Shown: piece by piece, positions 38,236 through 52,704 of the stretch | Layout: each line of letters begins with the position of its first letter | Numbering within the stretch: the first letter of the stretch is position 1 | DNA from: Octopus vulgaris | Taxonomy: Eukaryota | NCBI GenBank assembly: GCA_951406725.2 | Contig: OX597837.1 | Span: forward strand, 23,808,001-23,872,000 | DNA: 64,000 nucleotides | Direction: 5' to 3' | Position numbers and translations under genes: made by a program | Notes under the pieces: model-generated | Seen by the model: only the letters and a program-made list of their open reading frames with translations | Database searches by the model: none | Told to the model about the DNA's origin: nothing

Positions 38236-38503
38236 TATATTTGGCTTTGGCTTCGCTTTGTATTTGTACAAGTTGACTTCAAGTCTCACCCAGAGACCTC
38301 AAGAAACAACAAGTTAGAAGTTCAGGTTGGTGTTAAGACTAGTGCGTCACACTCTTGGTTTTGCACAGGGTATTGTTCTAGACAATGTCTGTCAAAATAT
38401 AGGGAAATTACAACTTTGTTTTAAAAGTAATTTGGTGATAAGATGATAGTGTGATCTAAAAGTGGCAGTAAAAGGTGTTTGAGCTTAGCAGTATTTCATC
38501 TGT

Positions 38504-38887
38504 GTGGAGGCGCAATGGCCCAGTGGTTAGGGCAGCGGACTCGCGGTCATAGGATCGCGGTTTCGATTCCCAGACCGGGCGTTGTGAGTGTTTATTGAGC
38601 GAAAACACCTAAAGCTCCACGAGGCTCCGGCAGGGGATGGTGGTGATCCCTGCTGTACTCTTTCACCACAACTTTCTCTCACTCTTACTTCCTGTTTCTG
38701 TTGTACCTGTATTTCAAAGGGCCGGCCTTGTCACTCTCTGTGTCACGCTGAATATCCCCGAGAACTACGTTAAGGGTACACGTGTCTGTGGAGTGCTCAG
38801 CCACTTGCACGTTAATTTCACGAGCAGGCTGTTCCATTGATTCGGATCAACCAGAACCCTCATCGTCATAACCGGCGGAGTGCTTCC
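38504..38887 (+). mobile_element. SINE family C inside a degenerate SINE B
   Basis: Matches 13627-14012; B-like sequence on both flanks. Confidence 0.85.
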
Positions 38888-39683
38888 AAAAATATTCTGT
38901 GTTCAAATTCTGCTGAGATCATCTTTGCCTTTCATCATTTCAGGATTGATAAAATAAGTATCAGTCCAGTACATGTATACATACAGGTGTGGCTGTGTGG
39001 TTAGGAAGCTTGTTTCCCAACCATGTAGTTTCCGATTCAGTTCCACTGCAATGTATCTTAAGCAACTGTCCTATACTGTAGCCCCCAGGCTAAGTGTTGT
39101 ATAAGTGTAGTATAGTATAGTGAGTGGATACGATAGATGGAAACTGAAAGAAGCCTATTGTATACATTCATAAACACATACACACACACAGACGGATGGA
39201 TAGATAGATGGATTCTTTTATTCTTTTACTTGTTTCAGTCATTTGACTGCAGCCATGCTGGAGCACAGTGTTAAACAGTATTAGTCGAAGAAATCTTATT
39301 TTTTTTGTAAACCTAGTATTTATTCTATCGGTCTCTTTTGCCAAACCAGTAAGTTACAGGGACATTAACACACCAGCATTGGTTGTCAAGTGATAGCAGT
39401 GGGGGACAAACACACACACACACACACAAATATATATATGTATATATATATACATCCATTACCTACTTTGTTGTATCTTCAATCACATTGTTTACATAGA
39501 TGTATTTGTATACAAAACGTTGTAACTTACAGAGCTAGCTCTGAATTATATAGAAAATCTATAGAGATAATCTTAAAAATGAGAATATTGCACTGCTAAC
39601 ACAAAAAGTAAGACACAACGTTGACTTTATATATTAGGTAGTTTATTATGGTTGCAAAACAAAATACAGTGTCCTTGCTCACA

Positions 39684-39732
<49 letters not shown>

Positions 39733-41039
39733 GTATAGATAGATAGATAGATAGATAGATATTACATACATATAAGAGGGAAGTCCCCCCCCCCCATGGT
39801 CTTACCACTAAGAAAGGAATGTTCTCAAGAAAATTTAGAAAATGCCAGAACATAAGCGAGCAAGACAAGTGAAAAGATACAAAATATACTGATTAATCAC
39901 AAACCAGTTTTGTTGTTACCACTTACGTAATCACTTACGTAGATGTCCGCATGAGATTGAACATGTATATAATTCTACCAATTACATTTGGGGTTATATT
40001 TCAAAAGTCATCGTAAGCACCATCCGACCGTGGCCGTTGCCAGCTTCATCTGGTCCCCATGCTGGTGGCACGTAAAAAGCACCATCCGATCGTGGCCATT
40101 TGCCAGCCTCGTCTGGCACGTAAAAAGCACCCACTACACTCACGGAGTGGTTAGCATTAGGAAGGGCATCCAGCTGTAGAAACACTGCCAGATCAGACTG
40201 GGCATGGTGCAGCCTTCTGGCTTCCCAGACCCCAGTTGAACCGTCCAACCCATGCCAGCATGGAAAGCGGACGTTAAACGATGATGATGATGATGATATA
40301 TGTATTTATATATATACATGTATATATGTATGATGATAATATCATGATTATGTATATGTATACATAGATGTGTGAGTGTGTATGTATATATATATATATG
40401 TATATATGAAAGAATGAAAAGGCAGGAATAGTGAATTTAGTAAAGGAAACTAAAAGGAAAGAATGAAAGAAAATTTTTGAAAGAAGGAAAAGAAATTAAA
40501 TTGGTGAAAAGTCTGTGGAAAACAGTGATAACTTAGTTTGAATATTTCTTGAAAACTTGATGGATGGCAGTCCATGTTTTGTTTCTTTGTCTACTTAAAG
40601 CTAGTCAGAATTGTTTAAATTTTACACTTTCAAATATTACAACTATTCTTCTTCAAAAGCGATTCTCTGCAATTTCATTCAAGTATTTAAAAACAGAAAA
40701 CAAAAAACAAAACAAAACAAAAAAAAACACACACACACACATAAACACACAAACTAATGCCATATCTAATTACCAATTAAGTATTTCTGGTTTTGTCTGT
40801 TGACTGGGAATACTAATAGTCTGATATTTCCTCATCACTGAACCTGTTCCTACTTATCTGACAAAATTTCAAAGTTAAAACACTACACTACATCACAATA
40901 CACGTATGTTTATAAATAAGAAAAATTCATTTGGTTCTAAGCTGCTGGATGTCGGATCAACTTCAAAAGGAAATCATAAAATAATTACTTGCTCATTTTA
41001 AACAATTTCAGTTATTACTATGCTCCAAATTCATTATCA

Positions 41040-41370
41040 TAAACCAATGTAATATTATATTGGTTTATGCGAAAGTAATTTTAAAAGATGTTATGTAAAC
41101 TGCAAGTCTTCTTTTTGGCATATTGACAGAAGTAGAGCCACTAAGTTAGCTATCCACATATTGGGTTTGAAGATCTAATGCACACCGTCAATTGGAGAAT
41201 TGTAGAGAAATCTATGCTATGTTTAAATGTATCTGAAAGACACAATTCAAGCATAGCTGAAAGATTACACATTCTTTTTAGATCCAAAAATTTCATCACA
41301 CTATTTAATTCCAGATAAGAGATTTTCAGCAAATGCAAGCATATAGACAAATTTTTTTTGTTGAACTGGA
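41040..41370 (+). pseudogene. Degenerate Penelope GIY-YIG endonuclease C-terminus
   Basis: YYIGLCESNFKRCY...ATKLAIHILGLK...WRIVEKS...ERLHILF...NSR*EIFSKCKHIDKF. Confidence 0.65.
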
Positions 41371-42415
41371 GGTCACCACCCTCTCCAAATTGAGCAGCTG
41401 TCTCACAGACTTTGGACCATTCTCCATTGAATTATTTCACACCAGCTAGTTTAATTATGATTTCTATGATCAAAGGAGACATAACTCTAGTTTTTTCTTT
41501 TCCTTCCTTTTTCTGTTTTTATTCACTCTTGTTTTCTCATCTCACTTTTTGCATCAACCTTCTGGGGTTTTTTTCTTGTGATTTTTCATGTGCCAGCATC
41601 CTGTTTCTCAAATAGAACAAACCATGTGCCCAGAACCTAAAAAATTGCTTGGAGATACAGAGTTCTTTATAAAAATCTGCCTAACTATGTGTCTCAATGG
41701 CAAGATTCTATCAGTAGCTCATACCTTAATACAATGTGCATTAAATGGTATTTTTTTGTTGACCCTACCATAATGGAACAGTAAATTATATATATATAAA
41801 AATATATGTATGTATGTATATATATATATATATGTGCCTGTTTGTGTGTGTTTATGTATATACTTATGTATGCCTGTCTGTGTGTATGTGGCATTTGTCC
41901 GCCGCCACTGCTTCACATCCGATGTTGGTTTGTTTACATCCCTGTAATTTAATGGTTCAACAAGAGACCGATACATTAAATACCAGAATTAAAAATGAAT
42001 ACTGGAGTCGATTTGTGTGAATAATACCCTTCAAGGTGGTACCCCAGTGTGAAGCAAAAAAGAAAAAGTAAAGATAAAAGTTGAAGTCTAATAAGACCAA
42101 AACATATTTCTTGCTTTCGTCTATTCACTTTAAATATAAAATCCATTCTAAACTGCATTGTAGTTATTTTGCAAATATTTGGATTAGCTGACATTATTAA
42201 AACTATCTCATTTGCTTGCTTTTCAGATATTAAGCACTTCTTGTGGGAGATTTCTTCATCTAATTGCAAGGACAATTTTAGTTGATTGAAGTGTTAAAAA
42301 TCACTGTATTACATAATTGACACTAACATATGTGTATTTAGCATACAGAAGATATGCAGAGGTTCCCTAAGATTATCTCACTTAGCTCAGTCTTTGATAC
42401 GATACTGTCAATGTA

Positions 42416-42804
42416 CCTCTGTGTGAAAAGTCTGGCTGCATCCGAAAAAATATATATTATGAAACAAAAATAAACACAAAATTTATTACACGAATCTGTT
42501 ACCACCACGACAGTCAACTATTTGACGCCGAACACGAGTTTGATGTTGAATACATCCACGAATTTTCTGCTCAGATAGCTCTTCCCAAAACTGCAAAATG
42601 GCTTCGTGCAATTCATGCCTCGTTGTAGGGTTTTACAGTTCAACTTTATCGGTCAAAACTTTGAAAATGCCTTCATCTAATGGATTCCACGTGTAAACAT
42701 GTGTTGAATAGAACTCACTGAATAAATCTTAATTAACTGTGTTGTCAATTGTATGCACCTGACATATGCTAACGTGTTTGCAGCCAGACTTTTCACGCAG
42801 AGGA
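42416..42804. mobile_element. Tc1/mariner-type MITE
   Basis: TA|CCTCTGTGTGAAAAGTCTGGCTGCA...TGCAGCCAGACTTTTCACGCAGAGG a|TA; 25-bp TIR with 1 mismatch. Confidence 0.8.
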
Positions 42805-43317
42805 TACATTGATCCCCAGATCATATCATGTATCCATACCATCACAGGTCCAGCTACTGGAAATATTACCTTACTTATAAAAAAACAGGTGAGGGTTGGC
42901 AACAGGAAGGGCATCCAATCATAGAAAAGCTGCCTCAGAATATTCTACTTGACCCTTGTAAACATGGAGAAGTGGATGTTAAATGATGATGATGGGGAGG
43001 AGGATGATGCATACATGTATGTGCATACTCTCTCTCTCTCTCTCTCTCTCTCTTTCACACACACACACATCATATGTATGTGTACCTATGAGGACATATG
43101 GCCTAGAGGTTAGAGCGTTGCATTTGCAATCACTAAATCATGGGTTCGATCCTTGAACCAGGGTCTGCGTTGTGTTCTTGAGCAAAACAGTTCATCTTAC
43201 CTTGCTCTGCGGTTGCTCCAACATGTGATGCACCTGTACGAGCATGATCTGTGCAGGTTGTTCGTTAAGAAATTGCAAAATTGTTTTTATCTATCTCAAG
43301 AAACTACTGCAATGTAT

Positions 43318-43735
43318 ACTCTTTTTACTCTTTTACTTGTTTCAGTCATTTGCCTGCGGCCATACTGGAGCACCGCCTTTAGTCGAGCAACTCGACCCCG
43401 AGACTTATTCTTTGTAAGCCCAGTACTTATTCTATCGGTCCCTTTTGCCGAACCGCTAAGTGACGGGGACGTAAACACACCAGCATCGGTTGTCAAGCAA
43501 TGCTAGGGGGACAAACACAGACACACACAAACATACACACACACACACATATATATATATGTACATATATACAACGGGTTTCTTTCAGTTTCCGTCTACC
43601 AAATCCACTCACAAGGCTTTGGTCGGCCCGGGGCTATAGTAGAAGACACTTGCCCAAGGTGCCATGCAGTGGGACTGAACCCAGAACCATGTGGTTGGTA
43701 AGCAAGCTACTTACCACACAGCCACTCCTGCACCT
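43318..43735 (-). mobile_element. SINE family A, full-length
   Basis: Reverse complement of 148-534. Confidence 0.9.
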
Positions 43736-43919
43736 ATTATATTTGGTGTTTTTATTTTCTGTTGTCACAAGTCTCTTCTCTTCAGTATGCTTGCTTTGTT
43801 TCCATCTATCCACCTTCCAGATGTGGCTGGTTTAAATGCTAAAGGGTTAATATACTTGCTGATTACATGATGTTAAGTATTAGGAATGGATAAAAAAAAT
43901 ATTTAAGAAATAAAAATAT

Positions 43920-44310
43920 AAGATATGAGCAAAACGCCCCAAGTCCAATGGAAAGTGCTGAGTTGTCAAACATTTAAACTAAATTTTCTCAAAACAACTT
44001 GTCCAACTGCCCATAGGCTTCCTCTTTGAGAAACACTAATTTAACCTAAATTTGAGACACCGTGCATTTTTCTCATGTATGCATGGTTTCGATCGCAACA
44101 GCTGATGTACTTGCATGTACAAATGCATGTTCCCATGGCTTTATCGATCGCATTCTCACCTGGAATCGATTTTTGTAATTTTTTCAAGACTTATACACGC
44201 CCTGATACCGTCAGTATCTACATATGAAATTTGAGCGCAATCGGATGGAGGGTATCCGAGATCCTAGAAGACACACACACAGACAGACAGAATGGATTTT
44301 ATATAATAGA
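43920..44310 (-). mobile_element. Non-autonomous Helitron/Helentron-like (HINE-type) element
   Basis: Ends (CA)n(GACA)n...TTTTATATAATAGA|T; both terminal blocks match 33775-34282 in reverse. Confidence 0.55.
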
Positions 44311-46724
44311 TATGGTGCTGGTGTCATGTATAAAAAGGACTGGTGCTGGTGTCATGTATAAAAAGGACTGGTGCTGGTGTCATGTAAAAAGCACTGTTGA
44401 CTGTGCCATGTAAAAAGCACCCAGTACACTGTAAAGTGGTTGACTTTAGGAAGGGTATCCAACTATAGAAATCATGCCAAACAGACAATGGAGCTTGGTG
44501 CAGCTCCTGGTCTTGCCAGCTCCTGTCAAACCATCCAACCAATACCAGCAGGGAAAAACGGATGTTGAATGATGATGTGTATGTATGTCTGTGTATATGA
44601 GTGTAAATCTTTGTCAAGTTATACCCCTTTTACACAAGAAATGGTACGGCTTAGCTATTTCAATAAACAGTGATCGATAAAATTATGTACCTGATTGAAA
44701 TAATTAATGGTGTCAGTATGACCAACCAGAAAGAATAAAATGGTGCTAAAACCCTCGAAGATATTATCCCAGTATGGCCACAGTTCAATATCGGAAACCA
44801 GTAAAAGAGTTTTAAGTCGTAGATTTTATTTCCACCTGTCAGAATTATTACACTTTATTAGTTTGACACTCTCATACTACACAATGATGGATTTCTGATA
44901 CAAAGGGGCTATATAATTTAGTAGTGTATATCGCATTGATATTCTATACACTAGACAGATAAATAAATCATTAAAGTCGAAAGTAAAGGTGATGAAAAGA
45001 TTAGCACATAAATATTATTCATTAATGTGATAAATTAACGAAGATAATCAAAATGGTAATGGTTTCCGGACTAGGTTGTCTTTCCAAAATTTCACTGGCG
45101 TGGCTGTATGGTATGAAGCTTGCTTCCCAACTGCGGGGTTTTAGACTCGATCTTCTAATATAGCCTTGGACTGACCAAAGCCTTGTGAGTAGATTTGGTA
45201 AATACAAACTGAAAGAAACCCATCATATATATAAATGTATATACACACACATAAGTATGAAGCAATGAGAACAAATGCTCAACATTGCATTGGTGGATAA
45301 ATAGTTTTTATTTGCATATTAAGGCTACCATTAGTTTCATGTTAAGGAAAACATCAACAATTATCAAGCTTGTCACATGGAACATCAATGTTTGTCTCAA
45401 TTTTAATCCAAGATGAACACCAATGTTCCATGTGATAGGCTTGACAATTGTTAAGGTTTTCCTTAACATGAAACTAATGGTAGCCTTAATACATATATAT
45501 ATATAGTGTAGTACTTTCGGCCAGGTTTTAAATGAATAATTTGGAAAGCTGCTGGAACAAGCATTTACTTCTTTTCATTGTACTAAGATGGGTTACCTCA
45601 AATGCCATATTAGGCCAAAGTATTTAACCTGTTTTATGTTGAAACCATCCAGATCTGACCTCTTACCTCAACCCTAAAATGTCATTCTAAAACTAAGCAA
45701 TCACATCATCGGAATCTCTGAGCTACAAGATAATGCATGGTTAATTCAAAATGATATTATATTTGACAGAGTAATCTGAATACTAAATGGTTAGATTTGG
45801 TTGGTCAACTTCCAAGTGATTGTTTGACCAACACGTTAAACAAGTGAACAATTAGTTAGTTGGTTAGACATTTAACTGACTGACTAACAATAAAGAAGTG
45901 ATTCTGAACCAGTGTGTGTGTGTGTTTACTAATATTGGCATTATGACACTCCCCCAAGCAAAACAGCATATCAACCATATTTTATACTAATTTTCACGAG
46001 TAGCATTCGTATTTTAAACTAAATTTAATTAGCAGTAACCATATCAAGTTGAATTTGACATTAATCTAAGGTTGATTGGCTTGTCGGATATTGCCACCAC
46101 TGACCCCCCCACACACACACACACATACAAACACAAGAAGTCTCTCTGCTATTTTCCTCTTGTCTCTCTGTTCGACCTGCTTCATCTTTCAAAAGAGCTT
46201 GTAAGTTGAATATATTTCATTGCCGCGAGGAATGAAAAGGTCTGACATTTTCAACGCAACCTCTTCATTAAAGTGGTCAATTTAATAACCAGTAGAAGAG
46301 GAAAAGAAGTGAACAAGTTAAAAAGGTAGAAACGGAAAACTGGAAAGGAGTTAATCACAATGAGAGACGTAGGGAGAGAAGTGTGGGATATGTGAAAGAG
46401 CCCTATATTATCATTGTTCTCTACTCTTTTAATATCCTTCTTAGTGTCACTGCTTGCCAAATCAGCAGATCATTGGGCTGTCAGCCATAGACTTAATGAT
46501 TCGTACTCCTCCCATTGTCTGTACTACATTTTTTTTCTTCTTTAGGGAAGGCCGATTCCAGCCATTTTATAATAGACAAAGCTGATAATTCACTTTAAGC
46601 TTAAATTTATTTATTGCTACAGAAAAATATCCGCAACTTTGTTGCAGTTGTGCAGCAAATCTTTCAATAACTCATGAAATAAATTTAAAGTACATTTTTA
46701 ACAGCTATTATTTTTTAATCATGG

Positions 46725-48060
46725 CCTGTACTGGTGACACATGGAAGGCATCTTTGCCAGTTACACATGAAATGCACCTGTGCTAGTGACATGTTTAAGA
46801 CATCTGTGCCAGTGACATGTGAAAGGCATCCATGCCAGTGACACATGAGAGGGACCTGTGCCAGTGACATATGAAAGGGAGCTGTGCTGGTGACACATGA
46901 GAGGCCCCTGTGCCAGTGATACATGAAAGGGAGCTGTGCCAGTGACACATGAGAGACACCTATGCCAATGACATGTGAAAGGCACCTGTCTCAGTGACAC
47001 ATGAGAGACATGTATGCCAGTGACACATGAGACGTGCCTGTGCCAGTGAGACATGAAAGGCACCTGTGCTGGTGACACATGAGAGGCACCTGTGTCAATG
47101 ATACATGAAAGGTACCTGTGCCAGCGACACATGAGAGGCACCTATGCCAATAACATGTGAAAGGCACCTATCCCAGTGACACATGAGAGACATGTGCCAA
47201 TGACACATGAAAGGCACCTGTCCCTGTAACATGAGAGCTGCCTGTGTCAGTGAGACATGAAAGGCACCTGTGCCAGTGACACATGAGAGGCACCTATGCC
47301 AGTGACATGTGAAAGGCAACTGTGTCAGTGATGCATGAAAGGCATTTATGCCTGTGGCACATGAGAGACCTGTACCAGTGACACATGAGAGGCACCTGCT
47401 CCAGTGACACATGAAAGGCATCTAAGCCCGTGACACGTGTGAGACCTGTGTCAGTGACACAAGAAAGGCACTTGTCCCAGTGATGCATGAGAGGGACCTG
47501 CACCAGTAACATGTGAACAGCACCTGTGCTAGTGACACATAAGTAGCACCTGTGCCAGTGACATGTGAAAGGCATCTATGCCAGTGACACATGAGAGGCA
47601 CCTAAGCCAGTAACACATGAAAGGCATCTATACCAGTGACACATGGAGGTACCTGTGCCAGTGACACATGCAAGGCACCTGTGCCAGTGACACATGAGAG
47701 GCACCTGTCCTAGTGACACATGAGAGACACTTGTGCCAGTGACATATGTAAGGCATCTATGCCAGTGACACATGAGACACCTAAGCCGGTAACACATGAA
47801 AGGCATCTATACCAGTGACAATGAGAGTCATCTGTGCCAGTGACACAAGAGAGGCACCTGTCCTAGTGACACATGGAGGCACCTTTACCGGTGACAATGA
47901 GAGTCATCTGTGCCAGTGACACAAGAGAGGCACCTGTCCTAGTGACACATGAGAGACACTTGTGCCAGTGATACATGCAAGGCATCTATGCCGGTGACAC
48001 ATGAGTGGAGCCTGTGCCAGTGACACATGAAAGGCATTCATGCCAGTGACATGTAAGAGA
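46725..48060 (+). repeat. 26-bp minisatellite, about 50 units (CCTGTGCCAGTGACACATGAAAGGCA)
   Basis: Direct reading; runs into the family E tail at 48061-48117. Confidence 0.95.
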
Positions 48061-48811
48061 CACCCAGTACACTTTGTGGAGTGGTTAGTGCTAGGAAGGG
48101 CATCCAGCTATAGAAACGAAACCAAAATTGACTGGAGCCTGATGCACTGATATCTGTTAAGAATTTGTATGCACATGGATGTCCATCAGGGCTCAGTTCA
48201 CATCCCATTCCTGTTGTTCTCTGCAAAAACAGGATTTTGAAACCATTTGTCTGTGCGAAGCTCTGTATCTTTCATCCTTTACTTGTGCAGTCTTGGACTG
48301 TGACCATGCTGGAGCACTGCTGATGAAGGTGTTCTGACCATTCCACTCATGAAATTTCTAGCCCCATACTCGGATAATTTTAGAAATATGTTAAAGCAAT
48401 ATTATAAACCATGTATGTAGACATACTTACAGACATACATATGCACATGCATACATACATACATACATACAAAACAAAACAAAACATGCAAATCTGCACA
48501 TATACATACACACAAAAATACCCTGTTGTCATTGAAATTCCAATGAATGACCTTGGATCTTGATTAAAAACTGGCTCGCTCTTCTTTCTCTATTGGCAAG
48601 AAATCTTGAAATAAAACGTACATACATACATACATAATTATGCACATGTATACATGCATACTTATATGCATACATACATGATGTTGAAATTCCAATGAAG
48701 GATCCTTGGGTCTAGGTTTGAAACCAGCTCTTTCTCTATTGGCAAGAGAGATTGAAATAAAGCTGAATAATGACATACATACATACACACACACACACAT
48801 ATATGCATATA

Positions 48812-49133
48812 GCCAAATATTGTTGTGTGGGACCTCAAAAAATGCTATGCTCTCTTGTAAGAAATCAGCTGCTTTCTGGATATTGATGTGATCAGAAAAA
48901 TACAGGAGAGGACATTTATAGACCACTGATAAGGGTTTTGCAAATCCAGTACCCAAGATACACTTTCATTTTCATACTTATTATTGGAGCTACAAGATAC
49001 ATACCATCGCCTCTGGAGCAAAGTATGGCTGAACTTGGGTTCTTGGAGAGAGAATGCAACTCTTTAATTCACACACTACAAGTAATCGAGATATCTGGGA
49101 CTATAAAAATCAGCTAGACCTTTTTAAGGTTTA
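48812..49133 (+). pseudogene. RLE-type non-LTR retrotransposon C-terminus
   Basis: PNIVVWD...EISC.LD...DIYRPLIRVLQIQYPRYTFIF..IIGAT...LQVIEISGTIKI, with frameshifts. Confidence 0.55.
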
Positions 49134-49136
49134 AGG

Positions 49137-49474
49137 AAGGGGTTCTCAACCATTTTTTGCCTGTAGACCTCTTTGATTCCTATTTGCTTCAGTGGGGACC
49201 ATTAAACGTATACAAGTTTCTACTGTATTTTTATGCTTAAATATTGTTAGGAATTGTAGAAAAAAATATTTAAATATTTTGTGTATTATAGAAATATAAG
49301 TAATTTATAGGCATAGGAGTGGCTGTGTGGTAAATAGCTTGCTTACCAACCACATGGTTCCAGGTTCAGTCCCACTACGTGGCACTTTGGGCAAGTGTCT
49401 TCTACTATAGCCTCGGGCCGACCAAAGCCTTGTGAGTGGATTTGGTAGATGGAAACTGAAAGAAGCCCGTCGTA

Positions 49475-49511
<37 letters not shown>

Positions 49512-50002
49512 GTGTGTATGTTTGTGTGTCTGTGTTTGTCCCCCCAACATCAATTGACAACCGATGCTGGTGTGTTTACATCGCCGTAACTTAGCGGTCC
49601 GGCAAAAGAGACCAATAGAATAAGTACTAGGCTTACAAAGAATAAGTCCTGCGGTCGATTTTGCTCGACTAAAGGTGGTGCTCCAGCATGGCCGCAGTCA
49701 CATGACTGAAACAAGTAAAAGAGTAAAAGAGAATTTATTGCTCATCCCCCCACCTAACATCGCTTGACAACCGATGCTGGTGTGTTTACGTCCCCATAAC
49801 TTAGCGGTTCAGCAAAAGACACCGATAGAATAAGTACTAGGCTTACAAAGAATAAGTCCTGGGGTCAATTTTGCTTGACTAAAGGCGGTGCTCCAGCATG
49901 GCCACAGTCACATGACTGAAACAAGCAAAAGAGTAAAAGAGAATTTATTGCTCATAAATTTCAACAGCAAAATCTTATTTGGACCCTGATTGAGAAACAC
50001 TG
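49137..50002. mobile_element. hAT/Charlie-like MITE interrupted by SINE A
   Basis: AGGGGTTCTCAA...TTGAGAAACACTG termini. Confidence 0.5.
49309..49941 (+). mobile_element. SINE family A with a tandem duplication of its 3' half
   Basis: Full copy 49309-49731 with TSD AATTTAT; second 3' half at 49745-49941. Confidence 0.9.
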
Positions 50003-50545
50003 ATTAAACACTGATTTAAAGGATGAGGAACAGAACAAGATGTTTCCCTTCAAGCAGGTGGCTGGTCAAAATTAACTCTTAAATAAAAAGAAAAAAAAAA
50101 AAGAAAACATACATACATACATGTTTGTATATATGTATGTTCTATTATTTATACATCCAAGACATACTGTTAATAAATAAGCTAGACATCTCTGTAATTA
50201 ATTCTTTGTTCTTCATGACATATTTCCAATAAAACAGGCTTCTACACAATATTTTTAACTCAACGCCAATTTTGGTCCATCGTTTCTTTTCTTTTTTTTT
50301 TACTTTCTTCTCATCTGTTTCTTTCATTTCATTCAACTTTTTGTTTTTTTTTCTTTCTGTCTTCTCCTTCTCCCTTCTTACCCCCTCTCTCTCTCTCTTT
50401 CTCTCCTCTTTTCACTTCATTTATTTTTCTCCCTTATATTAACTGCCTCTAGGGGACTCCACATGTGTATACATATATGTGTATATGTATATATATGTGT
50501 GTATGTGTGCATATATATATGTGCATGTGTGTAAATATATATGTA

Positions 50546-50578
<33 letters not shown>

Positions 50579-51339
50579 GTGTGTGTGCATGTATGTAAAT
50601 ATATATATGTGTGCATATATATATATATATATATATGTGCATGTGTGTAAATATATATGTATGTGTGTAAGTATATATGTAAGTATGTATGTATGCATGT
50701 AAGTATATGTGTATATGTATGTGTATGTCTAGATGTATGCCTGTATTTGTATGTATATATGTATGTATGTATGCATGTATGTATGTATGTATGTATGTAT
50801 GTAAGTGTGTATGTATGTGTAAGATGTTACTATTTAGATGAAATCATTGGATCTATTGATGATAAAATCACTGAATCCTTCTTTTACATCTTGGATATTT
50901 ATTAGGTTATTTGCTGGTCAGTAATTTGTATGTTTTTTCTTCTTTTTTTTTTTCAAACATTTCTGGCAGAGTAGTGATAGAATTTTGGCCAGCTTCTCTG
51001 AAAACATTACTTCAAAAGGCTGTCAATAATGATGATAATGACAATTACAACAACAAAAGTGATGGTAATGATGATGACTGTGTCTTATATAGATGCAAGA
51101 TCATAAATTTAGGGAGATAATATGAATCCCTAGTACTTGACTGATATTTTATTCTAGTGACCCACAAAGAGATCTAAAATGAAGTTGACTATAGCAGGAA
51201 TTGAACTTATAACATGAGGTGTTGTAACTAGATATGACAGGAATTCTGTCCACTGCTCTAACAATTTTGTTGGTTCACTACTCTGATGAAGACAATGGTG
51301 GTTACAACGGTGTTTTTTTTTTTTTAACATAGACATCAT

Positions 51340-52240
51340 AGGTATAGGAGAGGCTGTGTGGTAAGTAGCTTGCTTACAAACCACATGGTTCCGGGTTCAG
51401 TCCCACTGCGTGGCACCTTGGACAAGTGTCTTCTACTTTGGCCTTGCGCCGACCAAAGCCTTGTGAGTGGATTTGGTAGATGGAAGCTGAAAGAAGCCCA
51501 TGGTATATATGTATGTATGCATATATATGTATATGTATGTGTGTGTATGTGTTTGCATGTCTGTGTTTGTCCCCCCCCCCACACAACATCGCTTGACAAC
51601 CGATGCTGGTGTGTTTACATCCCCATAACTTAGCAGTTTGGCAAAAGAGACCGATAGAATTAGTACTAGGCTTACAAAGAATAAGTCCTGGGGTCGATTT
51701 GCTCAACTAAAGGCAGTGCTCCAGCATGGCCGCAGTCAAATGACTGAAACAAGTAAAAGAGAGTAAAGAGTATAGTCCCTATCTCAGGTTAAACAGTCCC
51801 CCACCACTTCTAACTGATTCATATGATTTCAAGAAGTAAACTTAATCATGAAATAGAACAGGCATGGCTGTTTGTTAAGAAGTTTGCTTCCTACCACATG
51901 GTTCTTGGTTCAATCCCATAGTGTGACACCTTGAGCAGACATCTTCTACTATAGCTTTGGGCCAACCAAAGCCTTATTAGTGGATTTGGTAGACGGAAAC
52001 TGAAAGAAGCCCATCAAATATACATATCTGCATGCTTGTGTCTCTGCCTGTCCCCTACTACTGCTTGACAACTAGTGTTGGTGTTTTTCTGTCCCCGTAA
52101 CTTAGTGGTTCAGCAAAAGAGATCAATAGGATAAATACCAAGCTTAAAAGGTAAACACTGAGGTTGATTGATTCGACTAGAACTCTTCGAGGCAGTTTCC
52201 CAACATGTCTACAATTTAATGACTGAAACAAGTAAAAGAT
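51340..52240 (+). mobile_element. Two SINE family A copies (51340-51772 young, 51860-52240 older)
   Basis: Match family A. Confidence 0.85.
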
Positions 52241-52667
52241 ATATATATATATTTTATTTTCTTAAAAATTGTATGACCACTTTAAAATCTGGATGCTTTC
52301 CAAGAATTTCGTAGTTAAATGTATATTTTTGTACAATAATTTCAAAAACACGACTAAGAATGTGAACCAAAGAAAGAACTTTGAATTAAAAGGTGGAAGA
52401 AATTATTTTATATGATGATCACAAGCAATAAGCAAAAGAAAATATGTAAACACTTTCATTTCTTTTGTTTCTTCTTCTCTTTCTTTCCTTTCTAAACTTT
52501 CCGTTAAAATCATATCTTAATGGTGAACCTGCCCGATTCTTATTGCTGCTATAAATTGAACTGACAACCAAAACGATTCCATAGCATTCTATGAAAACAT
52601 ACTTATGGCCTTTCAAAGTATTAATACATTGTGTGCTGCCTTAATGTTTTCAAGTAAAACCAATGGC

Positions 52668-52704
<37 letters not shown>

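Noticed and set aside
37866-38282. Poly-Asn ORF
   Set aside because: (TAA)n microsatellite translation
46715-47806. Cys/His-rich repeat ORFs resembling zinc fingers or a CRISPR-like array
   Set aside because: The 26-bp period is not a multiple of 3, there is no C2H2 spacing and there are no unique spacers; it is a minisatellite
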